From contig CAYUII010000010.1 of assembly GCA_964444785.1 (NCBI GenBank), forward strand, positions 10,025 to 74,024: DNA of 64,000 bases, in the 5' to 3' direction. The notes below the pieces were generated by a model. That model was not told the origin of the DNA. It made no database searches and saw only the letters and a program-made list of their open reading frames with translations. The first letter of the stretch is position 1, and the number at the start of each line of letters is the position of its first letter. Both the position numbers and the translations under genes were made by a program. Positions 28,269 through 37,439 of the stretch are shown here, piece by piece. This DNA comes from an uncultured Bacteroidales bacterium. Lineage in GTDB: Bacteria; Bacteroidota; Bacteroidia; Bacteroidales; TTA-H9.

Positions 28269-30719
28269 TTAGGATGATTTCTTCGATAACAAAGCCTTTT
28301 TAATCTCAAGGCCAATCAGCGTAAGGAAGAGACCTAAGATTAACAAAGATCCAATCATTGCAATCGTACCACCGGTTTTATACGACTGAGGTTCAAATCT
28401 GAACTCAATGGTATGATTACCTTCAGGGACCATCATTGCACGAAGAACATAATTTGCACGGAAATGGCTAACGGGTTGCCCATCTAAAAACGCATTCCAT
28501 CCTTTATCATAATAGATCTCTGAGAAGACAGCCAATTGAGGTATACTACTTTGCGTTTTATAAACGAGTTTATTAGCCCTGTAAGATTCCAGTTTAATCT
28601 TCGCAGTTGAATCCACACCCGTAGCAAAACCCTTTACTTGATCAGCAAAACGTCTGTCAACTACAGCTTGATAAGCGGTCTTTAGGCTATCTAAAGCTGC
28701 CATCTCTTGATCTGCATTATCGACCAAAATTAACTCTTTAACGAACCAGGCGTGACCAAGTGCTTGCATGTTAATCTGTACCTGAGGCTGACGATCTTGA
28801 CCTGGAACAATCAGATACTTAGTATTAAGCATATTTAATACCTGCATATTGTTCTTTGAGATCTGATGATCTATCAATTCTTGGTACCGACGAAGCTTAG
28901 CCCCATGATAACCACCGATAGACTTATGAAAATAACTTGTAGAGGCATCCATAAAAGGACTTACGGTAAGATTTAGGACACGGAAATCGGGATCAGTGTC
29001 CTTCATGATAAACTTATCCGCATCGCTTGGAGTGAACGGAGTCGCCATTTTAGTAGGTCTTACATAGTTTTCATCAGATATATAGCGACGATTTACGAGG
29101 TATAAGTCCCCAAAAGTAGTCACCCCAATTATCGCGATAGCCACCCATTGATTAAGTTTTAGATAGATAGTTGCTAGAATTGCAGCTACTCCGATAAGAA
29201 TAATCAACATTGACCGCAATACATCGGCGGTAAAGATGGCTTCACGAACTGCAGATAGATTGGTAATATACATAGCTGCTGCCTGGGCTTGCTCACCACC
29301 AGCTTGCTGCATCTGTCCAAGTTGTAGATATTCTGACTCGGAAAGGAAGTTAAAGAACGATCCCGGACTAGCTAAGAAGAGTAAACTAATACCTAAAGTG
29401 ATCCCAGCTGCAATAAATACCTGCTTTGTGTATCTACTGGGGGATGCTTCAGAGAATAGCTTGTGTAATGTTAACAAGGCCAATAGCGGCATGGTAAGTT
29501 CAGCCATCACCAAGGTCATCGACACCGCTCTAAACTTATTATAGCCCGGCACATAATGCATGAAGAAATCCGTAAAAGGCATTAGGTTATGACCCCAAGC
29601 TAAAAGAACACTTAACAAGGTAGCAGCCAACAGAGCCCATTGAAGAGGGCCTTTTAGGATCATAAATCCGAGAACAAATAGGAAAACAATTATAGCTCCG
29701 ATATAAACAGGGCCAGAGGTAAAGGGCTGATCCCCCCAATAATGATTCATCTGAGCAATGGTAGGACGGGTTTCGGGAGCAGCCTTATCAAGAGCCTTAT
29801 TATCTTGACCAATTAAACCAGAAGCACCTCCTTTAGCATTGGGATAGAGCAGCGACCAGGTTTCTCCGATTCCATAACTCCATTGTGTTGCATAGTCTTT
29901 ATCTAGACCACTGGTCTTAACCTCTGCATTATGTGAGAGCTCAGACTTACCACGTATGGTAACCTTACCGTATTCATAGGTAGTCAAAAGGTTACCCATG
30001 TTTGGTAAGACCGCCAATCCGCCAGCCACAATAAGCACAGCAGTGGCTATTGAAAACTGCTTAAGTTTTTTATCTAAAATGGATTGAATAAACTGAGCCA
30101 CGCCCAATAAAACCAGAATAAGACCCAAGTAATAGGTTATCTGCACATGATTAGCGGTCAACTCCAGAGCAGCAAAAAAAGCTGTAATGATTCCTCCTGC
30201 AAGGTATTTTCCCCGGTAGGTAAGAATAACCCCAGCCAAGACAGGAGCCATATAAGCAATGGCGTGAGCTTTAGAATTATGGCCTGCTTCCAGAATAATC
30301 AAAAAGTAAGAAGATAAGCCATAAGCCAGAGCGCCAGCGATTGCTACCCATGGATTAATACCGAGCACAATCAATAGAAAGAAGAAGCCGACGAAATAGA
30401 GAAATACATAATCTGCCGGAACAGGTAAACCAAGACGAAAAACCTGGTCAACCTTTTTCATCAAATTAGAAGGATAATAGGTACTAATCTGATAAGCAGG
30501 CATCCCGCCAAACATTGAGTTCGTCCATAATGGCTCTTCACCAAACTTAGCTCTATGATCAGCGATCTCCTTTGACATTCCCTGAAAATGCATTATATCA
30601 CCCTGATTGAGCTTCTTCCCCTCGAATAAAGGTTGAAAAAACATAAATACAACCAAGAAGAAAATAACAAAAGCCGCTACGAACGGAGCAACTTTACCCA
30701 AAACTTTACTGACATTCAT
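28269..30719 (-). CDS. YfhO-family membrane protein (polytopic glycosyltransferase-like)
   Basis: More than 12 TM segments, a large C-terminal extracytoplasmic domain, and a final TM. The start was moved to MNVSKVLGK (cat at 30717-30719). Confidence 0.75.
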   Translation of the reverse strand: MNVSKVLGKVAPFVAAFVIFFLVVFMFFQPLFEGKKLNQGDIMHFQGMSKEIADHRAKFGEEPLWTNSMFGGMPAYQISTYYPSNLMKKVDQVFRLGLPVPADYVFLYFVGFFFLLIVLGINPWVAIAGALAYGLSSYFLIILEAGHNSKAHAIAYMAPVLAGVILTYRGKYLAGGIITAFFAALELTANHVQITYYLGLILVLLGVAQFIQSILDKKLKQFSIATAVLIVAGGLAVLPNMGNLLTTYEYGKVTIRGKSELSHNAEVKTSGLDKDYATQWSYGIGETWSLLYPNAKGGASGLIGQDNKALDKAAPETRPTIAQMNHYWGDQPFTSGPVYIGAIIVFLFVLGFMILKGPLQWALLAATLLSVLLAWGHNLMPFTDFFMHYVPGYNKFRAVSMTLVMAELTMPLLALLTLHKLFSEASPSRYTKQVFIAAGITLGISLLFLASPGSFFNFLSESEYLQLGQMQQAGGEQAQAAAMYITNLSAVREAIFTADVLRSMLIILIGVAAILATIYLKLNQWVAIAIIGVTTFGDLYLVNRRYISDENYVRPTKMATPFTPSDADKFIMKDTDPDFRVLNLTVSPFMDASTSYFHKSIGGYHGAKLRRYQELIDHQISKNNMQVLNMLNTKYLIVPGQDRQPQVQINMQALGHAWFVKELILVDNADQEMAALDSLKTAYQAVVDRRFADQVKGFATGVDSTAKIKLESYRANKLVYKTQSSIPQLAVFSEIYYDKGWNAFLDGQPVSHFRANYVLRAMMVPEGNHTIEFRFEPQSYKTGGTIAMIGSLLILGLFLTLIGLEIKKALLSKKSS

Positions 30720-30826
30720 TGTGTGCAGATTGATGGTTAATGGTTTATCTTGATGTGGCCCTGCTAGCCAACTCAAAGGTAAAAAAATGCTATGAGGTAG
30801 AACAAAACTATTCTATCCTTATATCT

Positions 30827-31102
30827 TTATTCTTTTGACTTCTCGATTTTCACCTCCTCAAAGTTGATGTCCTCTCCCATATTGGAAAAGCTACCTTTAC
30901 GCTTCTGTTGAGGATCTGATGTAACCGTTATAGTTCCTTCCGGCCTCTCTTTTTCTGGCCGAGGCTGAGAATAACCAAAGCGCTGCATCAAACGCTCGGT
31001 ATACTTCTTCGCAAGCCACGGCAGTATAAGCTTACTAACATATCCCAACAACCAAAAAGAGACAACTATAATAAAAAGTACCTCAAAAAAACTCATCGTC
31101 AT
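30827..31102 (-). CDS. DUF4834-family small membrane protein
   Basis: 91 aa. One N-terminal TM segment (FFEVLFIIVVSFWLLGYVSKLILPWL) is followed by a charged tail. Confidence 0.55.
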   Translation of the reverse strand: MTMSFFEVLFIIVVSFWLLGYVSKLILPWLAKKYTERLMQRFGYSQPRPEKERPEGTITVTSDPQQKRKGSFSNMGEDINFEEVKIEKSKE

Positions 31103-31199
31103 TTAATGTATTTCAAGAATTAACTCACAACAAAGATACCAACTCTAATCAAATCCTTTTACGAAGAAAACCATCCTAACTCCAGCAACCCGATTAAAC

Positions 31200-31232
31200 A
31201 GCAAAAGGAGGTAATGATTTACACTACCTCCT
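31200..31232 (-). terminator. Rho-independent terminator of rpmH
   Basis: aggaggta (31206-31213) pairs with tacctcct (31225-31232). On the minus strand ttttgctgttt follows. It lies 36 nt past the rpmH stop. Confidence 0.7.
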
Positions 31233-31267
31233 TCCGCTATGTCTTAAAAGCGGCAATTATGCTGGGA

Positions 31268-31432
31268 TTAGTTTCCTTTACGCTCGAGATTCTCGTCGGA
31301 GACAGTCAGTTTCCAGCGACCCTTTGCCCTTCTGGATGCAAGCACGCGGCGACCATTAGCAGACGACATTCTCTTACGGAAACCGTGCTTGTTTATTCTT
31401 TTTCTCCTTGATGGCTGAAATGTCCTCTTCAT
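31268..31432 (-). CDS. rpmH: 50S ribosomal protein L34
   Basis: Hand translation gives [54 protein letters not shown] (54 aa), which carries the canonical L34 signature. It is below the ORF-track length cutoff. The listed + strand ORF 31214..31411 is its antisense shadow. Confidence 0.93.
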   Translation of the reverse strand: MKRTFQPSRRKRINKHGFRKRMSSANGRRVLASRRAKGRWKLTVSDENLERKGN

Positions 31433-31454
31433 AGCTCGTATTTTTTTGGGAGTG

Positions 31455-31486
31455 CAAAAGTAGGATTTTATTTCCTACTTTACAAA
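31455..31486 (-). promoter_or_regulatory. Candidate Bacteroidota-type promoter for rpmH (-33 TTTG, -7 TAnnTTTG)
   Basis: The minus strand reads TTTG (31483-31486), a 20-nt spacer, then TACTTTTG (31455-31462), ending 22 nt upstream of the ATG. An 8-bp hairpin (31457-31464 with 31474-31481) overlaps the -7 box. Confidence 0.45.
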
Positions 31487-31620
31487 CTGTTCATCAATTA
31501 TTTTTAGTAACCGGTGCAAATTTAACTCTTTTATCGGAATTTTAAACTATTAACTGGGATAATCTGGATTGCCTGATTCCTCGAATTCAAATACCTTTCT
31601 GATTGAGTATACATTATCAA

Positions 31621-31890
31621 CATCTCTTCGCTTCTTCTTCGCTTCTTCTTCGCTCCTTCTCCATATAACTATACTAAAGCCTATGTTAAAACAGGAAACT
31701 CACTTCTTTACTTAGCATCTCATTTGTATTTCTTTAATAGATCGACTCCCTTCGTTAACCCAGGAGAAACGGATCCTTCTATGGTCATCAGCCAGTACAA
31801 ATCCATAAGAGATCTCAAGCCTCTACCTATTAATCCATTTTAACAAGAGGTAGATATGGAGAAGAAGCGAAGGGGGACGGGAGAGATAGA
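31621..31890. repeat. Full-length member of the CT/GA-armed inverted-repeat element family (~270 bp)
   Basis: Left arm: catctcttcg|cttcttcttcg|cttcttcttcg|ctccttctccatat. Right arm: atatggagaagaagcgaagggggacgggagagataga. The core 31651-31666 pairs with 31854-31869 at 15 of 16 positions. The interior is 187 nt and ORF-free. Confidence 0.7.
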
Positions 31891-31944
31891 TTTGAAAGGT
31901 CATCTTTCTTAGTTCACAAAAAAAGAGTGATAAATTTGTCTGGG

Positions 31945-31986
31945 CACTAAAAAGAGGGGCTATCACGGCAAAAACCGGATAGCCCC
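31945..31986 (-). terminator. Rho-independent terminator of pepD
   Basis: ggggctatc (31956-31964) pairs with gatagcccc (31978-31986). On the minus strand tcttttt follows. It lies 32 nt past the stop. Confidence 0.75.
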
Positions 31987-32017
31987 ATATAAACCGTTAA
32001 AGAGAAACTAGTAGAAA

Positions 32018-33478
32018 CTATTTAGAAGGAACGTCAGCCAGAGTTGCTATCAAGAAGTTAAAGAATTTTGCAACGCTGGGAACGTTAACTCTTTCATCGG
32101 GTGAGTGAGGAGAGCGAATAGTGGGGCCGAAGGAGATCATATCCCATTTTGGATAGACACCGCCTAGTAAACCACACTCAAGACCGGCATGGATAGCCTT
32201 TATTTCAGGAATCTTTCCGTAGAGTTTCTCATAGGTAGCCTGCATCGTTTTCAGGATGGGTGACTCCATATTGGGTTTCCATCCGGGGTAACCTCCTTCA
32301 AATAAGATATCAGCGCCAGCCAATTCAAATACGGAGGAGATCATAGCCGCTAAATCATCCTTTGCACTATCCACCGAGCTGCGCATCAAGCATGATATTT
32401 TAATCGTTCCATTAAGACTTTTAACGCTGGCAAGGTTATTAGAGGTCTCTACTAATCCTGGCATTGAGTCACTCATGCGAATAACCCCGTTAGGGCAAGC
32501 ATAGATCGCATTGGTTAATGACCATTGAGTACCTTGATCCATCACTGAATCGATCTCTTCAGAAGCAACAACTTTGAAGCTGAGGTTTGGTTCGGTAGCA
32601 GAAAGCTCACTTTTAAAGATCTGCTCCATTTCATTCGCATAATCCAGAAGACTCTGCTTCATTTCATTTGGAACCGCAACAACCGCAACAGCCTCTCTAG
32701 GTATCGCATTACGTAAAGATCCACCCACAACAGAAGCAAGGCGTAACTGGAATTTCTCAGTAGCAGCTTTAAGGAATCGGAAGAGAAGTTTATTAGCATT
32801 GCCTCTTCCAAGAACGATGTCCATTCCTGAGTGGCCTCCCTTTAACCCAGAGACCTTAAGGGTATAGGTAGAATGCTCGGCAGGCATTGCCTCTTCAGTG
32901 TACCTAAAAGTGGCAGTCGCATCAAGGCCACCGGCGCATCCGACATACAACTCACCCTCATCCTCTGAATCAAGATTAAGCAGGATATCGCCCTTTAATA
33001 ACCCGGGTTTTAAACCAAAAGCACCGGTCATTCCTGTCTCTTCATCAGCAGTAAAGAGGGCTTCTATAGGACCATGCTTAATGGTTTTACTTGCCAAAAC
33101 AGCCATAGCTGCAGCCACTCCAATACCATTGTCGGCACCCAGCGTTGTACCATTCGCCTTCATCCATTCTCCATCGGGACAAGTCTCGATAGGATCTTTT
33201 GTAAAGTCATGGGCTTTATCGCTATTAGCTTGAGGCACCATATCCAGATGACCTTGCAAAACCACCCCTTGACGATTCTCCATTCCAGGGGTAGCCGGCT
33301 TACGGATAATAACATTGCCAACCTCATCCATGATGGTCTCTAGATTGAGTTGTTTTCCAAAACTCATCATGAATTCACGGATAGCTTCCTCATGCTTTGA
33401 AGGACGAGGAATAAGGGTGAGGCTACGAAAGTGTTCCCACACCTCTTTTGGTTCAAGATTTAAAAGATTCTCATTCAT
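32018..33478 (-). CDS. pepD: Aminoacyl-histidine dipeptidase (M20C, Xaa-His dipeptidase)
   Basis: N-terminus LEPKEVWEHFRSLTLIPRPSKHE, plus QGHLDMV and GADNGIG motifs. 486 aa. Confidence 0.92.
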   Translation of the reverse strand: MNENLLNLEPKEVWEHFRSLTLIPRPSKHEEAIREFMMSFGKQLNLETIMDEVGNVIIRKPATPGMENRQGVVLQGHLDMVPQANSDKAHDFTKDPIETCPDGEWMKANGTTLGADNGIGVAAAMAVLASKTIKHGPIEALFTADEETGMTGAFGLKPGLLKGDILLNLDSEDEGELYVGCAGGLDATATFRYTEEAMPAEHSTYTLKVSGLKGGHSGMDIVLGRGNANKLLFRFLKAATEKFQLRLASVVGGSLRNAIPREAVAVVAVPNEMKQSLLDYANEMEQIFKSELSATEPNLSFKVVASEEIDSVMDQGTQWSLTNAIYACPNGVIRMSDSMPGLVETSNNLASVKSLNGTIKISCLMRSSVDSAKDDLAAMISSVFELAGADILFEGGYPGWKPNMESPILKTMQATYEKLYGKIPEIKAIHAGLECGLLGGVYPKWDMISFGPTIRSPHSPDERVNVPSVAKFFNFLIATLADVPSK

Positions 33479-33511
33479 AAAATATCTGTATTAGTTCGTT
33501 CTATTAATAGA

Positions 33512-34129
33512 TTAAAAAAGATGAACAAGCAACTTCGTCTCAAAGAACGATTCTTTGAAAAAGTTGCTTAGATAATAAACATGACTATGATAGTTTATTG
33601 TATTAAGTTCAGATTCAACTTCTCCCCCCTTTAAATAGAGCACTCCATTTTGAAGATGGTTAATCTGCTCTTTTCGAATCCGGCCTTTGATCATGGCCAT
33701 AAAGTCAGGAAGAGCGGTTACGGCGCGACTCACTACAAAATCAAAATGCTCCTTAACATCTTGAACTCTTACATGACGCGGTTCGATGTTTTGTAGTCCC
33801 AGAGCTGACCCAACTTCAGAAACCACTTTTATCTTCTTTCCTATACTATCGATCAGCGTAAACTGCGTTTCAGGAAATAATATGGCTAAAGGAATTCCGG
33901 GAAACCCCCCACCAGTACCAACATCTAGGACATAAGTACCTGGTGCAAATTTCACCACCTTAGCAATCGCTAAAGAGTGTAACACATGATGCAGATACAG
34001 TGACTCAATATCTTTTCTTGAGATTACATTAATTTTCTGATTCCACTCGGTATAAAGCGCCTTAAGCTGAGATAATTGGTCAACCTGAAGGTCACTTAAG
34101 TCTGGGAAATAGTGCCGAATTAATTGCAT
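33512..34129 (-). CDS. rsmG: 16S rRNA (guanine527-N7)-methyltransferase
   Basis: LDVGTGGGFPGIPLAI SAM-binding motif and SRAV. ~205 aa. Confidence 0.9.
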   Translation of the reverse strand: MQLIRHYFPDLSDLQVDQLSQLKALYTEWNQKINVISRKDIESLYLHHVLHSLAIAKVVKFAPGTYVLDVGTGGGFPGIPLAILFPETQFTLIDSIGKKIKVVSEVGSALGLQNIEPRHVRVQDVKEHFDFVVSRAVTALPDFMAMIKGRIRKEQINHLQNGVLYLKGGEVESELNTINYHSHVYYLSNFFKESFFETKLLVHLF

Positions 34130-34417
34130 TGAGCAAAGGACTTTCTTTCAAATGATGAATGTTCAAATATAGGTAAAATTTCAACCTCATTGATTCATTT
34201 AAAGCCATATCTATCGAAATATACTCCCAAGATTCATCTTCGAAAAATCGCAAATAACCTCTGATGGTGCCAATGATTCGACTATGAAAGCAGAAAGGGT
34301 AGCATTCATTGGATTAAATCAATATCTTTATCGATACTATTTTAAAACCTTTTTGCGTATCTACCGTATAACCGGTACTTATCATAATTACGGTACTTAT
34401 TTTAATTTTAGATAGAG

Positions 34418-35443
34418 ATGAAAAAAACTCTCTTACTGACAGCAAGCTTACTTCTTTTAGGCATTTATTTAAAAGGGCAATCTGATAATGGCTACTCACT
34501 TCGTGAAGCATATATAAGCAAGTATTGGCAGATTGCTGTTGATAAAATGAGAGACTACCGGATTCCGGCGAGTATAACGTTAGCTCAAGGCATTCTTGAA
34601 TCTGGGGCAGGTAGAAGTGATCTGGCCACAGAGGCCAATAATCACTTCGGAATAAAATGTCATAAAGAATGGAATGGTGACTCTTATATAAAGGATGATG
34701 ACGCCAAAGGGGAGTGTTTCAGGAAGTATAGCAATGCAGAGGAGTCTTTCAAAGACCACTCTCTTTTTCTTACGACGAGAAAGTGGTATGCCCCTCTGTT
34801 TAAGCTAGAGGTTACCGATTATAAAGGATGGGCTTATGGGTTAAAAGCAGCCGGCTATGCCACTAATCCTAGTTATCCTCAGATGCTGATAAAGCTAATT
34901 GAAGACCATAAACTTTATCGTTTTGATGAGCCCGGTTACAGCCCAGAGTCTACTAAACTAATTGCTGAAAATGACACCACCAACAAAGAAGCTAATGAGC
35001 TTATTGTCTCTGAAGTATCAGAATCTTTACTTCCGGTTGTTCAAGAAAGCACCCCAAAAGCAGAACAAGAGAGGTTACAGATCTATGAAACAGGACCCGT
35101 TGATCGTAGTCTTTTTCTTATAAACGGCTTAAGATGTCTTATTGCCAAACCCGATGACAATATATTGAAGGTGGCCATTGATTTCAGTATTGATCCCACT
35201 GATCTGATTCGCTATAATGATCTTGACTCCAGAGGTTCGATCAGACCGGGACAAGTGATTTATCTGGAAAAGAAGAAACGAACAGCTCAGAAGGAGACCT
35301 TTACAGTAGCTTCAAATGAGAATCTATATGATATCTCTCAACTTTTCGGGGTCAGGCTCAGCCTACTTGTTAAGCGAAATGGGGTTGATCCCCACTCTCC
35401 ACTGCCTGCAGGCACCAAGATTTCATTGAATAAAAGCAAATAA
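34418..35443 (+). CDS. Secreted glucosaminidase-domain protein (mannosyl-glycoprotein endo-beta-N-acetylglucosaminidase-like) with C-terminal LysM repeats
   Basis: Signal peptide, LAQGILESG.G.S.LA...NN.FGIK (FlgJ/GH73 motif), and two LysM-like segments near the C-terminus. Confidence 0.8.
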   Translation: MKKTLLLTASLLLLGIYLKGQSDNGYSLREAYISKYWQIAVDKMRDYRIPASITLAQGILESGAGRSDLATEANNHFGIKCHKEWNGDSYIKDDDAKGECFRKYSNAEESFKDHSLFLTTRKWYAPLFKLEVTDYKGWAYGLKAAGYATNPSYPQMLIKLIEDHKLYRFDEPGYSPESTKLIAENDTTNKEANELIVSEVSESLLPVVQESTPKAEQERLQIYETGPVDRSLFLINGLRCLIAKPDDNILKVAIDFSIDPTDLIRYNDLDSRGSIRPGQVIYLEKKKRTAQKETFTVASNENLYDISQLFGVRLSLLVKRNGVDPHSPLPAGTKISLNKSK

Positions 35444-35498
35444 ATAACCCATAAAAGAAAAGCTTCTAATCTGTTAAACTGATTAGAAGCTTTTCTTT

Positions 35499-36584
35499 TT
35501 AATCCAAACGTTTTCTTTTCATCCAGTAAAGACTTGCCAGTGCGGCAAAGAAAGAGAGAATAGCAACAGCAGGATATCCCCAGAGCCATTGTAGTTCCGG
35601 CATATGAGCAAAATTCATCCCATACCAACCTGTGATAAAAGTCAAAGGGAGGAATATAGTAGATATCACCGTAAGCCGTTGCATAGAACGATTCAATAAA
35701 AGGTCATTCTGAGAGGAGTAAAAATCCATTAGGCTGCTAAACGTTTCACGTAAATTATCTAAGGATTGGCTAACATTATGAAGATGGTCGTTGGCATCTT
35801 GTAAAAAGATCTTGGTAGAAGGTGCAATTAAAACATGGTCTTCTACTGATAATCGTCTAAAATCTTCTCGCAAAGGGACAATAGCCTTTCGCATTAACCC
35901 ATAAGCTTTCTTTGCTTTTAATATCAGAGAGGCATCAAACTGGTCAGGTGAACGGAGCAGCGCCTCTTCAAATGACTCTATCTGTTCTTCAAATCCCTCA
36001 AGAGCAACAAAATAAAGATCAATAAGATGATCCGTAAGCAAATAAAGCAAAAAGTCGCCCCCCCGACTTAACAAAGAGGGATTATGTTCAAATCGTTCAC
36101 AAATATAATCGGCGAGGGTGCCTGGTATTTCTCGAAATGAGAGTAGGTAATCTTTTCCTAGGACAAAGCTTATATGTTCACGATCAAACTGTGCTGCAAT
36201 CGGGGAGTAGTTAATGAGTTTCATTGTAACAAATAGATGAATACTATCCTCGGCAACTTTGGGCATCTGTTCAACATTCAGGATATCTTCAAGCAAGAGT
36301 CTATGAATTCCGAACTGTTTGCCCGCTTCCTCCAAGAAAGAGTAATCAGATAATCCAGCCAAATGAATCCAGCATCGTTTACCCTCAGGAACAGGAATTA
36401 GCGCCTGAGATAATGAGAGATTACGTTGAAGTTCATATCCATGCTCATCCCACGTTAATCGGAGAATCTGTGGCTCAGATTTACTAGTTCCGGTATAAAC
36501 AAGAGAACCGGGTGCCATCCCAGCTTTCTTATACTTCGATTCTCTCTTTTCGTGTGGTTTCTGTAGAGGTTTATTTTTCTTCAT
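35499..36584 (-). CDS. corA: Magnesium/cobalt transporter CorA
   Basis: GWYGMNF signature before the last TM segment, with two C-terminal TM segments. The start was moved to MKKNKPLQ (cat at 36582-36584). Confidence 0.88.
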   Translation of the reverse strand: MKKNKPLQKPHEKRESKYKKAGMAPGSLVYTGTSKSEPQILRLTWDEHGYELQRNLSLSQALIPVPEGKRCWIHLAGLSDYSFLEEAGKQFGIHRLLLEDILNVEQMPKVAEDSIHLFVTMKLINYSPIAAQFDREHISFVLGKDYLLSFREIPGTLADYICERFEHNPSLLSRGGDFLLYLLTDHLIDLYFVALEGFEEQIESFEEALLRSPDQFDASLILKAKKAYGLMRKAIVPLREDFRRLSVEDHVLIAPSTKIFLQDANDHLHNVSQSLDNLRETFSSLMDFYSSQNDLLLNRSMQRLTVISTIFLPLTFITGWYGMNFAHMPELQWLWGYPAVAILSFFAALASLYWMKRKRLD

Positions 36585-36643
36585 TTCTGGATTAATCAAC
36601 AAATCAATAGACAAATCTTGACAAATAGTACACAAATAGATTG

Positions 36644-37318
36644 TTAAAGTGCGACAAGCTCAACAGGAAAGAGATGGGGTATCTTATCAAGTGAGATGGC
36701 TTTATGATGATGAGGGTAAAGGTAGTTAACCGACGACAAGGATGCATTAAAAGTAAGAGAGAAAGTATAGGCCTCAGGAAAAAACCGCATAAAATGATTC
36801 TCAAGTTCAGTGTAATGGCACGAGAGAAAGAAAGCAGCCCCAGCCATTCCCGCTCTACCTTGCGTTCGTCGATTCATTCCAGCAAAGACACGGTGAAGAA
36901 AGGGCACATAACGATAATTGGCCAACCAGTCATCGGCTATCATATAGGGGAAGATTCGCTTAGTAACAGCAGGTAATAATACAAGGAATCGATTTAAGTC
37001 ACTGTAACACTCCTTGGAAAAAGTAGTCAGAGGCGTTTCAGACAGTTGAGGCCAATGCGTGGCAAGGAAATGGTCATAAAGAATGTCTGCAATAACACCT
37101 GCCCATTTACCATAACCAGAAGCCAACAGACGGGTACTCTCCCTAAAAACAGGGTGGGTATCAGTAAACGAATCCAGTGCCCGATGAGCTTCAATTCCTT
37201 TTTGAAGATGCAAGGGTAAGGATGAAGAGATAGAGCCTTTGAATCCATCAGCAGCAAAACTACCAACCCTAAAATCAGGCTGGGAAGGAGAAAGATAGAG
37301 ATGAGCCAAAAAATTCAT
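36644..37318 (-). CDS. acpH: Acyl carrier protein phosphodiesterase-like (DUF479/AcpH family)
   Basis: MNFLAHLYLS...G.F..D..KG N-terminus, characteristic of AcpH. Confidence 0.75.
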   Translation of the reverse strand: MNFLAHLYLSPSQPDFRVGSFAADGFKGSISSSLPLHLQKGIEAHRALDSFTDTHPVFRESTRLLASGYGKWAGVIADILYDHFLATHWPQLSETPLTTFSKECYSDLNRFLVLLPAVTKRIFPYMIADDWLANYRYVPFLHRVFAGMNRRTQGRAGMAGAAFFLSCHYTELENHFMRFFPEAYTFSLTFNASLSSVNYLYPHHHKAISLDKIPHLFPVELVAL

Positions 37319-37439
37319 AATCGAATATTAAACCGTTTGGAATTGACAAAGGTACGCTTCACAGAGGGGTTAGAAGTGTGGGATATAAACAAAAAAATAA
37401 GTAGTTTTGCCGAACCGTTCCAAACAAAAATCCAATCAC

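Noticed and set aside
31214-31411. 65-aa + strand ORF listed in the track
   Set aside because: It lies exactly antisense to the clearly recognisable rpmH (L34) reading frame. Its sequence has no known features, so it is a shadow ORF.
31433-32017. The two large intergenic regions (31433-32017 and 51088-51593) as hosts for RNase P RNA, tmRNA, 6S or SRP RNA
   Set aside because: I could not find the conserved RNase P (GAGGAAAGTCC-type) motif or the tmRNA (tRNA-like end, tag ORF) motif. A CT-rich/GA-rich closing helix and three copies do not fit 6S or SRP RNA. This is unverified without covariance-model scans.
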